Part shown: positions 20,424 through 30,026 of the stretch, in pieces | Numbering within the stretch: the first letter of the stretch is position 1 | Layout of the letters: every line of letters starts with the position of its first letter | Virus record (IMG/VR): IMGVR_UViG_3300030099_005362 | Reading direction: 5' to 3' (one strand) | DNA: 64,000 nucleotides | Origin: a virus | Translations under genes and position numbers: made by a program | Notes under the pieces: generated by a model | Told to the model about the DNA's origin: nothing | Database searches by the model: none | Seen by the model: the letters and a program-made list of their open reading frames with translations, nothing else

Positions 20424-20686
20424 TTTCTAATGTTCCACTTTTTCTTAGCCTGTGTCCAGTCTTCAGCGTGACCAGAAGACGCACCACAATCTTCACATTC
20501 GTACCAGCACATACTTACGGTTTTTAGCTCTTCCTGCATCGCCTCTCCTCCGCAGAACGGACAGGGGAGCATCGTGTCTTCTGTGTACTCCACGACCTGT
20601 ATGTCGTGTTCTCCACACTTTATGCACCATATAGGCTTGTTATCTACATCGACAACCCTATTACAGCACTTTATTAAATACTTCAA
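20420..20686 (-). CDS. Lar-like restriction-alleviation zinc-finger protein
   Basis: LPCPFCGGEA...CEDCGAS...AKKKWNIR. Confidence 0.65.
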   Translation of the reverse strand: MKYLIKCCNRVVDVDNKPIWCIKCGEHDIQVVEYTEDTMLPCPFCGGEAMQEELKTVSMCWYECEDCGASSGHAEDWTQAKKKWNIRK

Positions 20687-20687
20687 G

Positions 20688-21770
20688 TTAAAGCATTTCC
20701 TTTATTGATAATTCTAAAAACTCTACTAGATTTGGGTTCTCGGATAAAAACGCATAAAGATTATCTTGGCCCTGAAATTTAAATGCTTTATTTAGAGCCT
20801 CTTCATCCTCTACATTTAGTTCAGGCTTTATTTTTTTCGCCTCTTCTTTGCACAGGCTCATAAACGAGCAACTGAACCAAGCACCCGACTTGTCTATAAG
20901 ACCAAGATCGCACGACAACATTAGCACCTCTTGGGTCTTGTCTATCCCGTGTCCATACCTAATGTAACTTTGAACCTGTCCTCCCGGTGCTCCCATAGAA
21001 GAGCAAATAATTTTCCAATTAACAACCTGACCAATTCTGTCGCCTCCAGTGCTAGTCCAAGGCGATACAGCAGAGACCTTCTCTCCTCCTCCGGCTATCT
21101 CCATTCTTGTATCCGCTTGATACTGGATCTTATTACCGCCGTCTGCCAGCTTCGCTTTACCAAACCCTCCTGTGTTTGCAATGTAGTGCGTTATGGCAAT
21201 AATTAATCCGTGTTGGCGAGGTAGTAGCTGTCCTATCTTCTTTGTAAAAATAGACAGTATCTTAGGAAGGCCAGCTCTTCCGGGACTAAAGTCTCCGTCT
21301 AGTTCTTTTTTAGGCATCAAAGATGATATCGAGTCGATAATTAGAACCGCACCGTAATAGTCAGGGTGGCTCATCATTTTGTATGCAACATCTAAGAAGT
21401 CTTCTGCCGGTATAGGTTTATCTTCTGGTGCAACGATGGTCATCTTGCTAGGATCTAGATCCGATACCTCAAAGTTCATGTCTTTTAGTCGGCCCTCGGC
21501 GTCCAAGTAGATAATTGGTCTGCCTTCTTTTTGACAGTTGGATGCTATCTGCATGGCCGTTGTTGTTTTACCCGACTTAGGGTCGCCTGTTAGTGTAAGC
21601 CAGCTACCTTCTCTGATCCCGCCGCCCAGTGCGATGTCTATGGCTGGGCTAACAGATATTGTTTTGAAGTTCTTCTTTTGCTCAAGAACATCTGTTCCAC
21701 TACGGATAATCTCCCCGTAGTCTTTGATGATTTTTTTCAGGTATTCAGGAGTCTTTGTTTTTGTTGCCAT
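20688..21770 (-). CDS. recA: RecA/UvsX-like recombinase
   Basis: DIALGGG, GDPKSGKTT, YLDAE, IIDSI, GGNKIQY, GLIDKSGAWF. Confidence 0.9.
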   Translation of the reverse strand: MATKTKTPEYLKKIIKDYGEIIRSGTDVLEQKKNFKTISVSPAIDIALGGGIREGSWLTLTGDPKSGKTTTAMQIASNCQKEGRPIIYLDAEGRLKDMNFEVSDLDPSKMTIVAPEDKPIPAEDFLDVAYKMMSHPDYYGAVLIIDSISSLMPKKELDGDFSPGRAGLPKILSIFTKKIGQLLPRQHGLIIAITHYIANTGGFGKAKLADGGNKIQYQADTRMEIAGGGEKVSAVSPWTSTGGDRIGQVVNWKIICSSMGAPGGQVQSYIRYGHGIDKTQEVLMLSCDLGLIDKSGAWFSCSFMSLCKEEAKKIKPELNVEDEEALNKAFKFQGQDNLYAFLSENPNLVEFLELSIKEML

Positions 21771-22230
21771 CTGCTTTCCTCAATTTCGACATTAAGCTAT
21801 TGTTTGATTTCTTTTTTCTTGGTTTGTATTCGCCGTCCGGTATGTCTATAACATTTCTTTCTTTGCTGTTTTTTTCATCAACTATTTTCTTTGATTCCTT
21901 TATCCCATCTTCTACAAAGTTTAGGGCGAGTACAAACTTCTTAGACTTATGCAAAAAACCAAGAGAATATATATTTCTACCTCTTGAGCTGTTTAGATAA
22001 TGTAGTACGGCCTGCTCGCCATATTTCTTAATAAGCTTTGATGCCACTCTAACTTGTGTCTGATATTGTTCGTTCTTAGAGTTGTTCCAAAATTTATACT
22101 CAAGACTGCCGTTGTTTTCTCTCTCGCTTTTTCGTATACATACCATCTCTGCAATGTACTGTGCGGCACTACACGGTTTTGAGGTTGAGATACTTTTGTA
22201 CTTTGGGGTTTTTGAGTTTTTCTGATTCAT
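21745..22230 (-). CDS. hypothetical basic protein
   Basis: ORF in gene run. Confidence 0.6.
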   Translation of the reverse strand: MNQKNSKTPKYKSISTSKPCSAAQYIAEMVCIRKSERENNGSLEYKFWNNSKNEQYQTQVRVASKLIKKYGEQAVLHYLNSSRGRNIYSLGFLHKSKKFVLALNFVEDGIKESKKIVDEKNSKERNVIDIPDGEYKPRKKKSNNSLMSKLRKADGNKNKDS

Positions 22231-22684
22231 TTTTAAAAATCATATTGTCCAAATTTACTTGGGACAATCCTCTTCTTGATGACTTCTGTTCAAATTCATT
22301 ATTTGGCCAAGTGTATTTAGCGACATCTATATAGTCACACGATTCATGCAGTAACGACACTGTTAAAGTTTGAAAAGATTGAGAGTGTGAGCCGTCCATC
22401 ATTTGGTTCTTTGCGATGCCCCTCATTATAGAGATGCCATCTAGTCCCGTGCTATCTTCAAAAAAGACCTTGTGCTGAGCACCAAACATATAAAGCTCTA
22501 CCTTGGCTGGCACAACGTCGTTTTTGCGACAATGCTCCTTTAATCTCTCTATGGGGTTTGGATAATTAGGTCTCTCATAATCCCCATAGACTTTGACTCC
22601 ATCTGTCAAGGTTATCTGCCAGCTTATCATCAGCTCCTGATGACAGAGCCTTTCCATATGTCCATCAAAATTTGTACAAATCAT
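22169..22684 (-). CDS. hypothetical protein
   Basis: ORF in gene run. Confidence 0.6.
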   Translation of the reverse strand: MICTNFDGHMERLCHQELMISWQITLTDGVKVYGDYERPNYPNPIERLKEHCRKNDVVPAKVELYMFGAQHKVFFEDSTGLDGISIMRGIAKNQMMDGSHSQSFQTLTVSLLHESCDYIDVAKYTWPNNEFEQKSSRRGLSQVNLDNMIFKNESEKLKNPKVQKYLNLKTV

Positions 22685-22887
22685 TTTGCTTCCTCTGTGT
22701 GTCTATTATATAGCTCATGATCAACGTAATATTCTCTTACGAGCATATCGACCAATATACTGAATAATTCAGGATCTTCAATACAAGACAATTTTTTTTC
22801 AGCCGCTCTTATGGCCGCCTCACGAAGAACCGTGGTTCCTCTGTGGGCATCGCCATATTGTCTTTTAGTGTAGTCTCGGCTTCTCAA
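22681..22887 (-). CDS. hypothetical protein
   Basis: ORF with 4-nt overlaps at both ends. Confidence 0.55.
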   Translation of the reverse strand: MRSRDYTKRQYGDAHRGTTVLREAAIRAAEKKLSCIEDPELFSILVDMLVREYYVDHELYNRHTEEAK

Positions 22888-23219
22888 TCTTTGATCTTAT
22901 GAATGAACTGTCTATATCTAGCGGGCGTCTGCGGCTCTCTACCTTGCTTAGATTCATCAGACGCCATTGAGGCTGACTCGGTCATAACCGTAACTCCCCT
23001 CTCTTCGTTTCTAGCGAATAGGTCTCCAGCCTTGTGTTCTGCTGGCTCCTGTGTGGCCTGCTCTTCTTTGTTTTCAGCAGCTAGGCTGTCGGCAAACTTT
23101 TTAACAATCGGCTTGGATCTGTCCATTTTTTCTGCTAGGGACGATAGGTCGCCATCAAATCTAGACAGATTTTTAGTTATATATTCTTTTTCTTTGTTTG
23201 AAAGTGGTCCTTTTTTCAT
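22884..23219 (-). CDS. hypothetical protein, possible N-terminal HTH
   Basis: LSNKEKEYI...LAEKMDRS pattern; GGAG RBS. Confidence 0.6.
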   Translation of the reverse strand: MKKGPLSNKEKEYITKNLSRFDGDLSSLAEKMDRSKPIVKKFADSLAAENKEEQATQEPAEHKAGDLFARNEERGVTVMTESASMASDESKQGREPQTPARYRQFIHKIKD

Positions 23220-23222
23220 TTT

Positions 23223-23564
23223 CTACTCCGTGATAGATCTTCTAGCTCTAGTGAAATACATTCTGTTTTTTGTCTTTAGATACTTTATATAGTTATTGAA
23301 AGACGACTCAGGTATCTTTTTGTATTTATAAAAAGACCTGTTCGCTCTCGTATCAACCCCGTGAGGATCTAATATCTCTCCTCGTCCATAAAGAACAAAT
23401 CTTTGAATAGACACCGTTTCATAATCAAGATTCGTGGCCACCACCTTGGCTACCGCGTTTTTCTCTTTGGTCTCGTTGCCTCTTGTGTCGTAAAATTTTA
23501 TATCTACCTTTGCTGGCTTTGGTATATCCAAGCCGGAAAGATCTTCTTTATCACCCCTTGTCAT
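23223..23564 (-). CDS. hypothetical protein
   Basis: ORF in gene run. Confidence 0.6.
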   Translation of the reverse strand: MTRGDKEDLSGLDIPKPAKVDIKFYDTRGNETKEKNAVAKVVATNLDYETVSIQRFVLYGRGEILDPHGVDTRANRSFYKYKKIPESSFNNYIKYLKTKNRMYFTRARRSITE

Positions 23565-23868
23565 TTATTCTCTCCAAAATTTCTTTTAGTTTTCTAATAC
23601 AATCGGCCTCGTCTACGCCTCTTACGTGGAACTGGCCCTTTCTAGTTAGTCCATATTTTTTTAACGCTCCGTTACCCATTACCGAATGATCTAAGGTTTC
23701 ATCTACATTCATTGCCCTCACATCTACTTTCAATGTCACTATAGCCAGATGTGGCTTTTGACTTCTAGGTATCTTTGGATAGTGATTACCTAATATCTCG
23801 GAACCAGAGGGCAGATCTTTTGGTTCCGGACTGTCTTTTGGTATCATCAGTCGCCCTCCTTGATCCAC
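23551..23868 (-). CDS. hypothetical protein (likely start MIPKDS)
   Basis: ORF in gene run. Confidence 0.55.
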   Translation of the reverse strand: MDQGGRLMIPKDSPEPKDLPSGSEILGNHYPKIPRSQKPHLAIVTLKVDVRAMNVDETLDHSVMGNGALKKYGLTRKGQFHVRGVDEADCIRKLKEILERINDKG

Positions 23869-24194
23869 TTTAGCTTTTGTTCTGGCGTCATGGATGTTAT
23901 TTTTTGATGTAGTTTTCTCTTTTCGTTCTTCTCGTTATTGAGGGCCTGATTGACGCCATCCTTTATCGCCCTATCCTGCTTCTCATAAAACCCCATGTTT
24001 CTAGCATTTTTGTCGGCAAGCTGCCCTATACTCTTGGCTTCTCCTCGAACAAACATTGCTGGGGGATTTATGTATACTTTTCTTAGTGTCTGCTCGTCGC
24101 AAACTGGGCACTTTAGCACTGATGGTTCGTGTACGGACTGTGATATCTCTGCGTAGTACGCACACTCTTCGCACTCAAAGTCATAGGTAGGCAT
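23847..24194 (-). CDS. FmdB-family zinc-ribbon protein
   Basis: MPTYDFECEEC...CPVC...LRKV. Confidence 0.8.
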   Translation of the reverse strand: MPTYDFECEECAYYAEISQSVHEPSVLKCPVCDEQTLRKVYINPPAMFVRGEAKSIGQLADKNARNMGFYEKQDRAIKDGVNQALNNEKNEKRKLHQKITSMTPEQKLKWIKEGD

Positions 24195-24256
24195 ATTGAT
24201 TACTCTCCTTAATTCAATTTCTATATTATGGTCAACAGATTCAGATAATGCACTAT

Positions 24257-24925
24257 TTATTTTAGTCTATTTAGAATATCTGAGATGATACTATTTCTAA
24301 CAATGTCAGAAGAATCTAACTCGCAGATGGCCACGCCATCAAGATTATCTAGCTTAGATATACAGGTGTGTAAACCTCCATATTCGTTACCCCTAAGATC
24401 AGTTTGATCTAGGTCGCCGTTTATAACGGCCTTAGACCCAAGCCCTATTCTAGTCAAAAACATTTTTATTTGCTCAAATGTAGCGTTCTGTGCTTCGTCT
24501 AAAATCATAAATGTATCATGAAAATTTCTACCACGCATATACTCAAGGGGACATATTTCAATTGTATTTGTTGCCCTCATGGAGTTGTATGTCTCTCTTC
24601 CTAGAAAAAGTTTCATCTCTTCTGTAATCGGAACCAGATACGGTTGGACTTTATCGGTCAGTGTTCCCGGTAAAAAACCCAGCCCTCTTCCCGATTCAAC
24701 TACAGGCCTGCTTATCACGATCTTTTGAACTCTATCTTGAAGCAAGTACTGACAAGCCAAGCCCACAGCGACCGCTGTTTTTCCCGTTCCCGCCGGTCCA
24801 CAGCAAAATGTAACATCCGCTTCTGACATTGATCTGATATAGTCAGACTGATTGTCTGTCTTTGCTCTAAGCTTTTTTCTGGCTGGTCTTGTTGGTTGAT
24901 TTTTTGTTTTTTTATTTCTTGGCAT
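24257..24925 (-). CDS. phoH: PhoH-like ATPase
   Basis: GPAGTGKT, RPVVE, LGFLPG, YMRGR, DEAQN, GDLDQTD. Confidence 0.95.
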   Translation of the reverse strand: MPRNKKTKNQPTRPARKKLRAKTDNQSDYIRSMSEADVTFCCGPAGTGKTAVAVGLACQYLLQDRVQKIVISRPVVESGRGLGFLPGTLTDKVQPYLVPITEEMKLFLGRETYNSMRATNTIEICPLEYMRGRNFHDTFMILDEAQNATFEQIKMFLTRIGLGSKAVINGDLDQTDLRGNEYGGLHTCISKLDNLDGVAICELDSSDIVRNSIISDILNRLK

Positions 24926-24935
24926 CTGCTATTTT

Positions 24936-26348
24936 CTAATAAATGTCTGGTGCTGTTGGGTTATCTATCTTTGCCGTGTGCGTTTTTGGTGCAAAGTCTC
25001 CCATTGCATTTTGATAAACTAGTGTACATTCCATGTTTCCTCCACCGGTGTCTCCTCCCGAAAGACCAAAATCAACTAAATAATTTTTCTTGCCCATCAA
25101 AAGATTATACCAATAGCTTGTTCCGCCGCTAGTGGCCTTGTTTCCTTTTAGATATATTGCTATTTCTTCGCCAGCCTTATACTTGTCAATTCCCAATCCT
25201 TCGTCACCATCTGCCTTACTGAAGTTTGTGTCGGTAGCCTGCCAATCAATACCGTTGTCGGTTAGCTGTGCAAGATTTCCGTAATAAAGATCTGATATAA
25301 TTCCAGTGTAACTTGTGCTAACGTTAATGGGTAAAGCAACCTGTTTCATAAGGTTTGTTCTTGCACGAGCCCCTCTAGCACCTCCAAACTCCCCTAGATC
25401 AAATAGCTCGTTATAGTCTATAGAAACGTCAATAGTAACGCTTTGTAAACCCAGCAGAGGAACGCTGGATCTGTCTTTGTGCCCATCTAAAGACGCATCT
25501 CTGGTTCTATTTGTCCATCTAAAGGCTCTCTCTACTTCTTTTGGGTATTTCCAGTCCTCGGTTATTACGTTTCTCCTACGTAGCGTACCCGCACCATCTA
25601 CAGTCGAATGAAACTCCGGATAGGAATTTATGTTTGACCCGCCTTCATTTTTGGTCATTATAGAGGTGGTGAAGGTTAAAGATTCGGTCATTGCACCTTC
25701 TACCGATAGGTTGTAACTAACGCTTCTCAACACGCAGCATCTGTAGGTTACATCGTGACAGGTGGATACGGTTTCATTGTTTGGCATCGTAGACCATACG
25801 CTGTAACTATTTAAACTATCTACCTTTGACGGAGCAGGTCCACCAACGGTTGGAGAGGTATTTAGGCTTGTTCCTGCGTCATCAAACATATCCCTAACAG
25901 AATCGGCTGGATTATCATCAGAAACGCCTAGATAGGCTTGGTTAGCACCCATTACCAAAGTTATATCATAATTTTTCAAAGCGTCTTGAAAACCATCCGC
26001 ACCCAAGTTGTCTTGGTTAAGAAGATGCATTGCCTGATAACCAGATGTCGCTGTCGGCTGGTAGAAAAAAGTAGCACCATTTTTGCCGTCTATTACTCTT
26101 TCTATTGTTATCTCAAACTCTGGCTTAGTATACGAGCCATATTCTTTTTGAAACCTACCGTAATCAGGGTATTCTGATCTACTTACAGAAGTATTTACTC
26201 CAACAGACTGAACCCCATGTAGCACCGTAAAGGTATTTGGATTTTCAGTTCCTCCGCTTTTTGTGGTGTTTCTCTCAAAAAAAAGAACACCAAGCATAGC
26301 GTAGAATATTCTACCGTTGCCAGCTAATAAACTTGGATAAGTTGTCAT
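24936..26348 (-). CDS. putative virion structural protein (tail-tube-like, internally duplicated)
   Basis: repeated GVQSVGVN / GLQSVTID and SVSYNLSVEG / DFGLSGGD segments; G/T/N-rich. Confidence 0.5.
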   Translation of the reverse strand: MTTYPSLLAGNGRIFYAMLGVLFFERNTTKSGGTENPNTFTVLHGVQSVGVNTSVSRSEYPDYGRFQKEYGSYTKPEFEITIERVIDGKNGATFFYQPTATSGYQAMHLLNQDNLGADGFQDALKNYDITLVMGANQAYLGVSDDNPADSVRDMFDDAGTSLNTSPTVGGPAPSKVDSLNSYSVWSTMPNNETVSTCHDVTYRCCVLRSVSYNLSVEGAMTESLTFTTSIMTKNEGGSNINSYPEFHSTVDGAGTLRRRNVITEDWKYPKEVERAFRWTNRTRDASLDGHKDRSSVPLLGLQSVTIDVSIDYNELFDLGEFGGARGARARTNLMKQVALPINVSTSYTGIISDLYYGNLAQLTDNGIDWQATDTNFSKADGDEGLGIDKYKAGEEIAIYLKGNKATSGGTSYWYNLLMGKKNYLVDFGLSGGDTGGGNMECTLVYQNAMGDFAPKTHTAKIDNPTAPDIY

Positions 26349-26380
26349 ATATTTTTTCCGTCTAGATTGTCAATTTATAC

Positions 26381-26390
26381 TATATACGCA
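26381..26390 (-). promoter_or_regulatory. TGCGTATATA motif, candidate phage-specific promoter
   Basis: same core recurs in other short intergenic gaps. Confidence 0.5.
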
Positions 26391-26391
26391 C

Positions 26392-26799
26392 TTAATCTTC
26401 CTCTTTTACAAAAATTCCATCTACCATTTTTCCCTTGCGGTCTTTGATATCGTTATAAGCGGCTCTTAAGCAGGAAGAAAGGCTTATTTTGTTTCTTTCG
26501 CAGATATTGATCATAACAACCAACATGTCTCCAATATCATCTTTAATATCCTTTTCTTTGCATACAGAATCAGATAGCTCGCCAAGCTCTTGTAGTAGCT
26601 TTAGAACCTGATCTTTATCTGAACTGCCGTCAATCAAGTTTCTATCGTGGTGCCACTTTTTAGTTTTTCTTATAAGTTCTTCCATACCATGACTGGGATC
26701 TATATAATGATCGTTCCTCATCAACATTTGCATCCTAGCCTTTTGATCAGGATTCATAGGCTCTCTGTCGTCGTAAGTAATTTTGTCCATTAAATTCAC
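26392..26799 (-). CDS. MazG-like NTP pyrophosphohydrolase
   Basis: QVLKLLQELGEL...KDDIGDMLV...AYNDIKDRKGKMVDGIFVKE. Confidence 0.8.
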   Translation of the reverse strand: MNLMDKITYDDREPMNPDQKARMQMLMRNDHYIDPSHGMEELIRKTKKWHHDRNLIDGSSDKDQVLKLLQELGELSDSVCKEKDIKDDIGDMLVVMINICERNKISLSSCLRAAYNDIKDRKGKMVDGIFVKEED

Positions 26800-26978
26800 C
26801 TCTTGAATTTTAAGTTTATGTCGTTTAAATGTATCGTTATAAAAGTCTCATCTCCGACTTCTTGGACTGAGACATTCTTAACTACCCCGTCAACAATCGA
26901 GGTAATCTTTTTAATCATCTCCTCAGAAACCCCGTACCTTTCTAATATGTCGTCTACGATAGAATCTACGATACCCAT
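26796..26978 (-). CDS. hypothetical protein
   Basis: 60-aa ORF overlapping both neighbours. Confidence 0.55.
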   Translation of the reverse strand: MGIVDSIVDDILERYGVSEEMIKKITSIVDGVVKNVSVQEVGDETFITIHLNDINLKFKR

Positions 26979-27604
26979 CAGTCTCTCCCGTTACAGATTG
27001 CTTGTAAAGTAAACTTAAATGGTTCGCCCTCAATAGTGGCAACCAAGTCCCACATCTGTTGTGCGATTTCACGAATTTCTTTCTGTGCGTGCTCGCTGTT
27101 TCTTAGATTGATAAAATTAGCGAAGCTACGTATGTTAAACATTATGTCAGCTTGAATCTGACTGTTGTAAGTCTTAAAGAATCGTGCTGACTCTTTTGCT
27201 CGCTTGCGTCCCAGAACTGGTTCAAGTTCAGTTAAGCATTCATGATATAGTTCATTGCCAGCCTCGGTGTATTCTATTAGTTTGTTTTGCCATTTACGAA
27301 CCCAGTCATCTGGAACGTAATACTTATCTTCTTTTAATTCTTTATACCTAGCAGACTCAGCGTTAAGAGAACTAATCCGGTGCTTAAGTAGATGAATATG
27401 ACTGGCAATATCAGTATCAACAAGGAAATGCACCACTCCTTTCTCGAATGGGGTTTCATGTCCGTTGACCCAGAGCATTTCGATAAGTCTTTGTATTCGT
27501 CCTCTTTTTTCATCTGTAAGTTCTCTCGATGTAGAAGTCCATGCTGAACAGGCGATAATCTCATCGCTTCCGTAATATCCTAAAAGCTCTACTTTATTCT
27601 TCAT
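26978..27604 (-). CDS. thyX: flavin-dependent thymidylate synthase
   Basis: GHETPFE, LKHRISSLNAESARY, AKESARF, LRNSEHAQKEIR. Confidence 0.93.
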   Translation of the reverse strand: MKNKVELLGYYGSDEIIACSAWTSTSRELTDEKRGRIQRLIEMLWVNGHETPFEKGVVHFLVDTDIASHIHLLKHRISSLNAESARYKELKEDKYYVPDDWVRKWQNKLIEYTEAGNELYHECLTELEPVLGRKRAKESARFFKTYNSQIQADIMFNIRSFANFINLRNSEHAQKEIREIAQQMWDLVATIEGEPFKFTLQAICNGRD

Positions 27605-28517
27605 TAGTCTCCCTTAGCCAGTCTTGAAGTTTAACTTTTGGCTCCCATCCAAAGGACTTAATTTTGTCTATGTTTGCCTGTGTGAACCTAGCCTCTCCCG
27701 GTCTTTCTGGTATGAATGTATAATAAGGATCTTCTCCACCAATAATGTTGACTAGATCTAGGATAGCATAGCTCACCCCAGAACCAACATTAAAAAGCTC
27801 TCCACAAACAGCTTTGTCTTTACATAGTGCCATTGTTATATTGGCGTTGACAACATCTGATACATGTGTAAAGTCTCTTGTTTGCAGCCCATCACCAACA
27901 ACGGTCATGGGATTACCTTCTCTGTTTTGCTTTTGGAACAGCCCTATTACTGGTGCATACTGACCCCTTGTTGGCTGTCGTTCACCATAGACGTTAAAGT
28001 ATCTAAACGAAACGGTCTCTAGCCCATAGAGGGTATAGTACATTTTGCACAAATCTTCTCCAGCACGCTTGGCGACCGAATACGGATTCAGGCAGTCGGG
28101 CATCATTGTTTCGATCATTGGGGGTTTGTTTTTTAGTCCATATGCCGCCGATGTTGAAGAGTATACAACCCTACTAACCGCATGAAGACGAGAGGCCTCT
28201 AGCACATTAAGGGTTCCGACAGTATTAGTCTGGAGTGCTAGGGCTGGATCTTCTATAGTCGGTTGTATTCTAGACTCTGCTGCCAAATGAAAAACATAAT
28301 CAACACCCATAAACAGGTTGTGAATATCATCATAGTTGTTTATATCTAGCTCATAATATGAAGCGTTTTTTGACGGATTGTAGTAAAAGCTTTCGTGACA
28401 GTCTGCGGAGAGGTTGTCAATGACCGCAACTTCATGCCCCTGATATATGAGTGAATCAACCAAATTAGATCCGATGAATCCACATCCGCCAGTGACAATA
28501 CATTTACTCATTATCAA
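27594..28517 (-). CDS. NAD-dependent nucleotide-sugar epimerase/dehydratase
   Basis: VTGGCGFIGS, HLAA, YSVAK, RYFNVYG, TRDFTHV. Confidence 0.92.
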   Translation of the reverse strand: MIMSKCIVTGGCGFIGSNLVDSLIYQGHEVAVIDNLSADCHESFYYNPSKNASYYELDINNYDDIHNLFMGVDYVFHLAAESRIQPTIEDPALALQTNTVGTLNVLEASRLHAVSRVVYSSTSAAYGLKNKPPMIETMMPDCLNPYSVAKRAGEDLCKMYYTLYGLETVSFRYFNVYGERQPTRGQYAPVIGLFQKQNREGNPMTVVGDGLQTRDFTHVSDVVNANITMALCKDKAVCGELFNVGSGVSYAILDLVNIIGGEDPYYTFIPERPGEARFTQANIDKIKSFGWEPKVKLQDWLRETNEE

Positions 28518-28947
28518 TTACCTTTTCTATTAATCCGCTTGAAGACTGAGTTTTTCCTCCTCCAACATTGAAAGCCATCTTTATGCCTCTCTTCTCACAA
28601 AGCTCATATTCAGGTATATTGTCTGACTTCCTATCCCCGCCATTCGCAAAGATCATCTCGTCAAAATCCCATTCAAGAGAGTATCTGGTATGCAGTATAT
28701 TCAGCGTTGTAACTACTGATCCATCTTCGTCAACCGATTCAACAGCACTGTTAACACACTGAAGTGCTTCAACTATCCTCATCCTTTCTTGACAATCCAT
28801 AAAGGGCTTGCTCCCTTTTATCTGTACTTGATTGTCATTATTGACTATTACTATTAAGTAGTCACCCAACTTTTTGGCACCTTCTAGGTAGTCTAAATGA
28901 CCTCCATGTATAGGATTAAAGTAACCAGAAACCACAACTACTCTCAT
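28504..28947 (-). CDS. cytidylyltransferase-like protein (TagD/RfaE-II family)
   Basis: SGYFNPIHGGH (HxGH); FANGGDR; KTQSSS. Confidence 0.85.
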   Translation of the reverse strand: MRVVVVSGYFNPIHGGHLDYLEGAKKLGDYLIVIVNNDNQVQIKGSKPFMDCQERMRIVEALQCVNSAVESVDEDGSVVTTLNILHTRYSLEWDFDEMIFANGGDRKSDNIPEYELCEKRGIKMAFNVGGGKTQSSSGLIEKVIDNE

Positions 28948-30026
28948 AAACTCATGTCTCCAAAATCCATGTCTTCTAAATCGTTTTTGCTAGCACCAAT
29001 TTTGTAACTTGTTATTTCATGCTCTTGTGGTGCAACCTGAACACTTTCGCTTTGCATCCAAGCCTGAGTCCATCCGGCTATGGGGTTTTTGCCAACGTTG
29101 TCGTATGGTAGTCCAATGCTTTTTCTCCTAGACATGCAGAGCCAGTCGATATATTGGTGAAGCACTGTCTCGTTAAGGCCAATAATTGACCCGTCCTTAA
29201 ACAGATACGACGCCCATTCTTTCTCTTCTTTTGCTGCGTTCTCAAACATCTTGACGGCATCTTCTTCGCATTGCTTGGCCACCTTAACAAAACCCTCGGA
29301 ATCCTCTTTATGTAGAATCTTCAAGATGGCCTGAGTATTTGCTAAGTGTAGTGCTTCGTCACGCTTGATTAACTTGATAATATCGGCATTGCCTACCATC
29401 TTTTTGTTCTCTGCAAACGCAAAGCTACAAACAAAGCTGACGTAAAATCTTATCGCCTCTAAAATGTTGATACTAACTACGGTCATATATATCTGTTTTT
29501 TAATATCCGTTGGCTTGTTCTTGTCGCAAGCCATGCCCATCAGATTATTGTAGTCAGTTATAGCAACATCTGCACGCTTCATTATCTCCTTGTCTTCATA
29601 AATTCCCTCAAACACCTCTGAGCTATCGGCGTAGACATTTTGTATGATATATGAGTATGATTGACTGTGAATTTTTTCAAAGAACTGCCAAGTCATAAGA
29701 CACGCTTCAAGCTCTGTGTTTGTAACAAACTCTAGCAAGGTTGGAACACCCCTACAGATAACGCTGTCCAGCATCGTTTGATATTTTAGGTTGGAGGTAA
29801 AAATAAATTTTTCGTTATCTGAAAGCGTCTGAAAATCAGCACGATCCTTTTTAAGTTCAATCTCTTCCGGTCTCCAGAAATTCATCATCTGCTTACTGTC
29901 AAGATCCTTGAATATAGGATACTTGACGACATCATATCTTTGAACCCCCAAATCTTTACCCAGAAAAAGAGGCTGAGACATAGGATCAACATTCTTGGTA
30001 TTAAAAATAGTTTTCATATTGCACAT
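28944..30026 (-). CDS. nrdB: ribonucleotide reductase class Ia beta subunit
   Basis: FWRPEEI, EKIHSQSY, LEAIRFYVSF, RDEALH, VAPQEHEITSY. Confidence 0.95.
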   Translation of the reverse strand: MCNMKTIFNTKNVDPMSQPLFLGKDLGVQRYDVVKYPIFKDLDSKQMMNFWRPEEIELKKDRADFQTLSDNEKFIFTSNLKYQTMLDSVICRGVPTLLEFVTNTELEACLMTWQFFEKIHSQSYSYIIQNVYADSSEVFEGIYEDKEIMKRADVAITDYNNLMGMACDKNKPTDIKKQIYMTVVSINILEAIRFYVSFVCSFAFAENKKMVGNADIIKLIKRDEALHLANTQAILKILHKEDSEGFVKVAKQCEEDAVKMFENAAKEEKEWASYLFKDGSIIGLNETVLHQYIDWLCMSRRKSIGLPYDNVGKNPIAGWTQAWMQSESVQVAPQEHEITSYKIGASKNDLEDMDFGDMSL

